Shown here piece by piece: positions 44,170-45,082 of a DNA stretch of 45,082 nucleotides. Each line of letters begins with the position of its first letter. Position 1 is the stretch's first letter. The notes beneath the pieces were generated by a model, which was given only the letters and a program-made list of their open reading frames with translations, was not told the DNA's origin and did not search any database. The stretch is from an uncultured Alphaproteobacteria bacterium (lineage in GTDB: Bacteria; Electryoneota; RPQS01). A program made the position numbers and the translations under genes. The stretch lies in the NCBI GenBank assembly GCA_964370805.1, contig CAYJKM010000004.1, positions 1 to 45,082 of the forward strand, given 5' to 3'.

Positions 44170-45082
44170 GTGGCACGATGGTTACAGTTGTTCACGATGC
44201 TATGGCTCGCCGCGAGCGCAAATAATGTCGACGCCTTTGAAGCCCGCGAGGCGATGACGGCGGATTTGTGCACGTTTCTTAGGAATGAGTACGGCTCGGT
44301 AGAAGCCAGCCCGATCCCTACCGGGATTCTCTATGATCTCGTACTTCCGCTCGCAAACCTGGCGGAAATCAACGAGACTGATGAGCTCTCTTTGAATCGC
44401 TGGATTCAAGCCGCGCATGAATTGAAGCGTGCGTCATTTGATGGATCTGGTTTGCCGAGCCATGATCAATTTCGTCTGATCGGTCAATCAGCGGCGCGCG
44501 AGCATGAGCACCCCCTCGGGATTCTTTTCTACCAATACAATCGCATTCGGCCCGAGATGCAGCGCGATAATGCGCTTTTGTTTGACGGCCAGAGTATTAC
44601 CGGTATTCGCGCAGATGCCCTTGAGCAACAGGAGCTCTTCGCCATTGCCTCCCTGCATAACTATACATATCGAGGTGCAGAAGCGCGTTTCCGGGTTGAT
44701 CTCGAATCACTCTACTTTTCCAACGACCCGCGTGCCGTGCAAAGCCTGGAGTTAGATTTCGACGACGGAAACGGGTTTCAGACTGTTCGTTCTCAGGAAG
44801 ACGTTCTGGTCAGCTACGCAGAAACGGGACACAGGACAATTCGAGCGAGATTGACTCTCGCGGACGGAACGGTGCGCGAATCCGCCGGCCGCTTTGAAGT
44901 GCGGTCGCTGCGGACTCCGGCTCCGGCCGCCACGTGGTCTCTACAGGCAACGACCCCCTACAACGGAGCGTACAGCACGGGAGAAGCGTATCTCTATCTT
45001 GCCCCTTGGCACACAACGCTCACCCGGCCGGTGATTGTGATCGAAGGCTTTGACATCGACAATAGCCTGAACTGGGATGAAC
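44170..45082 (+). CDS. Exported hypothetical protein; the 3' end runs off the window (absent from the ORF track because it has no stop)
   Basis: Hand translation shows the frame open from 44152 to the window end. AAGGAG at 44156-44161 precedes a GTG at 44170. The signal-like N-terminus is (M)ARWLQLFTMLWLAASA. A possible promoter is TTGACT-N17-GATATT at 44109-44137. Confidence 0.55.
   Translation, partial: MARWLQLFTMLWLAASANNVDAFEAREAMTADLCTFLRNEYGSVEASPIPTGILYDLVLPLANLAEINETDELSLNRWIQAAHELKRASFDGSGLPSHDQFRLIGQSAAREHEHPLGILFYQYNRIRPEMQRDNALLFDGQSITGIRADALEQQELFAIASLHNYTYRGAEARFRVDLESLYFSNDPRAVQSLELDFDDGNGFQTVRSQEDVLVSYAETGHRTIRARLTLADGTVRESAGRFEVRSLRTPAPAATWSLQATTPYNGAYSTGEAYLYLAPWHTTLTRPVIVIEGFDIDNSLNWDE

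Noticed and set aside
43820-44257. 145-aa plus-strand ORF in the AT-rich region upstream of the efflux operon
   Set aside because: It has no RBS and an odd composition, and it overlaps the divergent promoter region and the better-supported exported-protein ORF that starts at 44170.
1-45082. CRISPR arrays, IS elements, integrases or prophage structural genes
   Set aside because: No spaced direct-repeat array and no transposase, recombinase or phage morphogenesis signatures were seen on either strand. The only mobile-element-like traces are the tRNA repeat and the palindrome family reported above.

Overview
This is a 45 kb chromosomal window from a fairly GC-rich bacterium that uses Shine-Dalgarno sites. 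By content it looks like an uncultivated environmental lineage, but I cannot assign taxonomy from sequence alone. No CRISPR array, transposase, integrase or rRNA is visible.

Gene content, left to right:
- a giant beta-helix surface protein, 5'-truncated by the window edge
- an Rrf2 regulator
- an odd Tyr/Trp/His-rich exported protein
- an AT-rich islet with one membrane protein carrying seven perfect heptads
- metH, an M14 peptidase and a class-V PLP enzyme
- an ECF42-type sigma factor followed by an expanded cluster of DGPF/YCII, DHFR-like, VOC and alpha/beta-hydrolase genes, including one gutted hydrolase paralog
- tRNA-Glu(CUC) plus a decayed second copy, bracketing a polytopic membrane protein gene
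- a three-gene cassette of two leaderless paralogous proteins of unknown family plus an endolysin-like PG-binding/CHAP amidase
- a roughly 1,500-aa C25 (gingipain-like) surface protease interrupted by one in-frame TAG
- an ECF sigma, anti-sigma and Cys-rich protein module
- a 2-Cys peroxiredoxin whose peroxidatic Cys codon is an in-frame TGA with a SECIS-like hairpin (selenoprotein candidate)
- a TolC-MFP-RND efflux operon
- a 3'-truncated exported protein

The best candidate for an undescribed system is the leaderless paralog pair plus amidase cassette at 26.5-30.5 kb. All functional calls rest on motif recognition by eye. No database searches were run.
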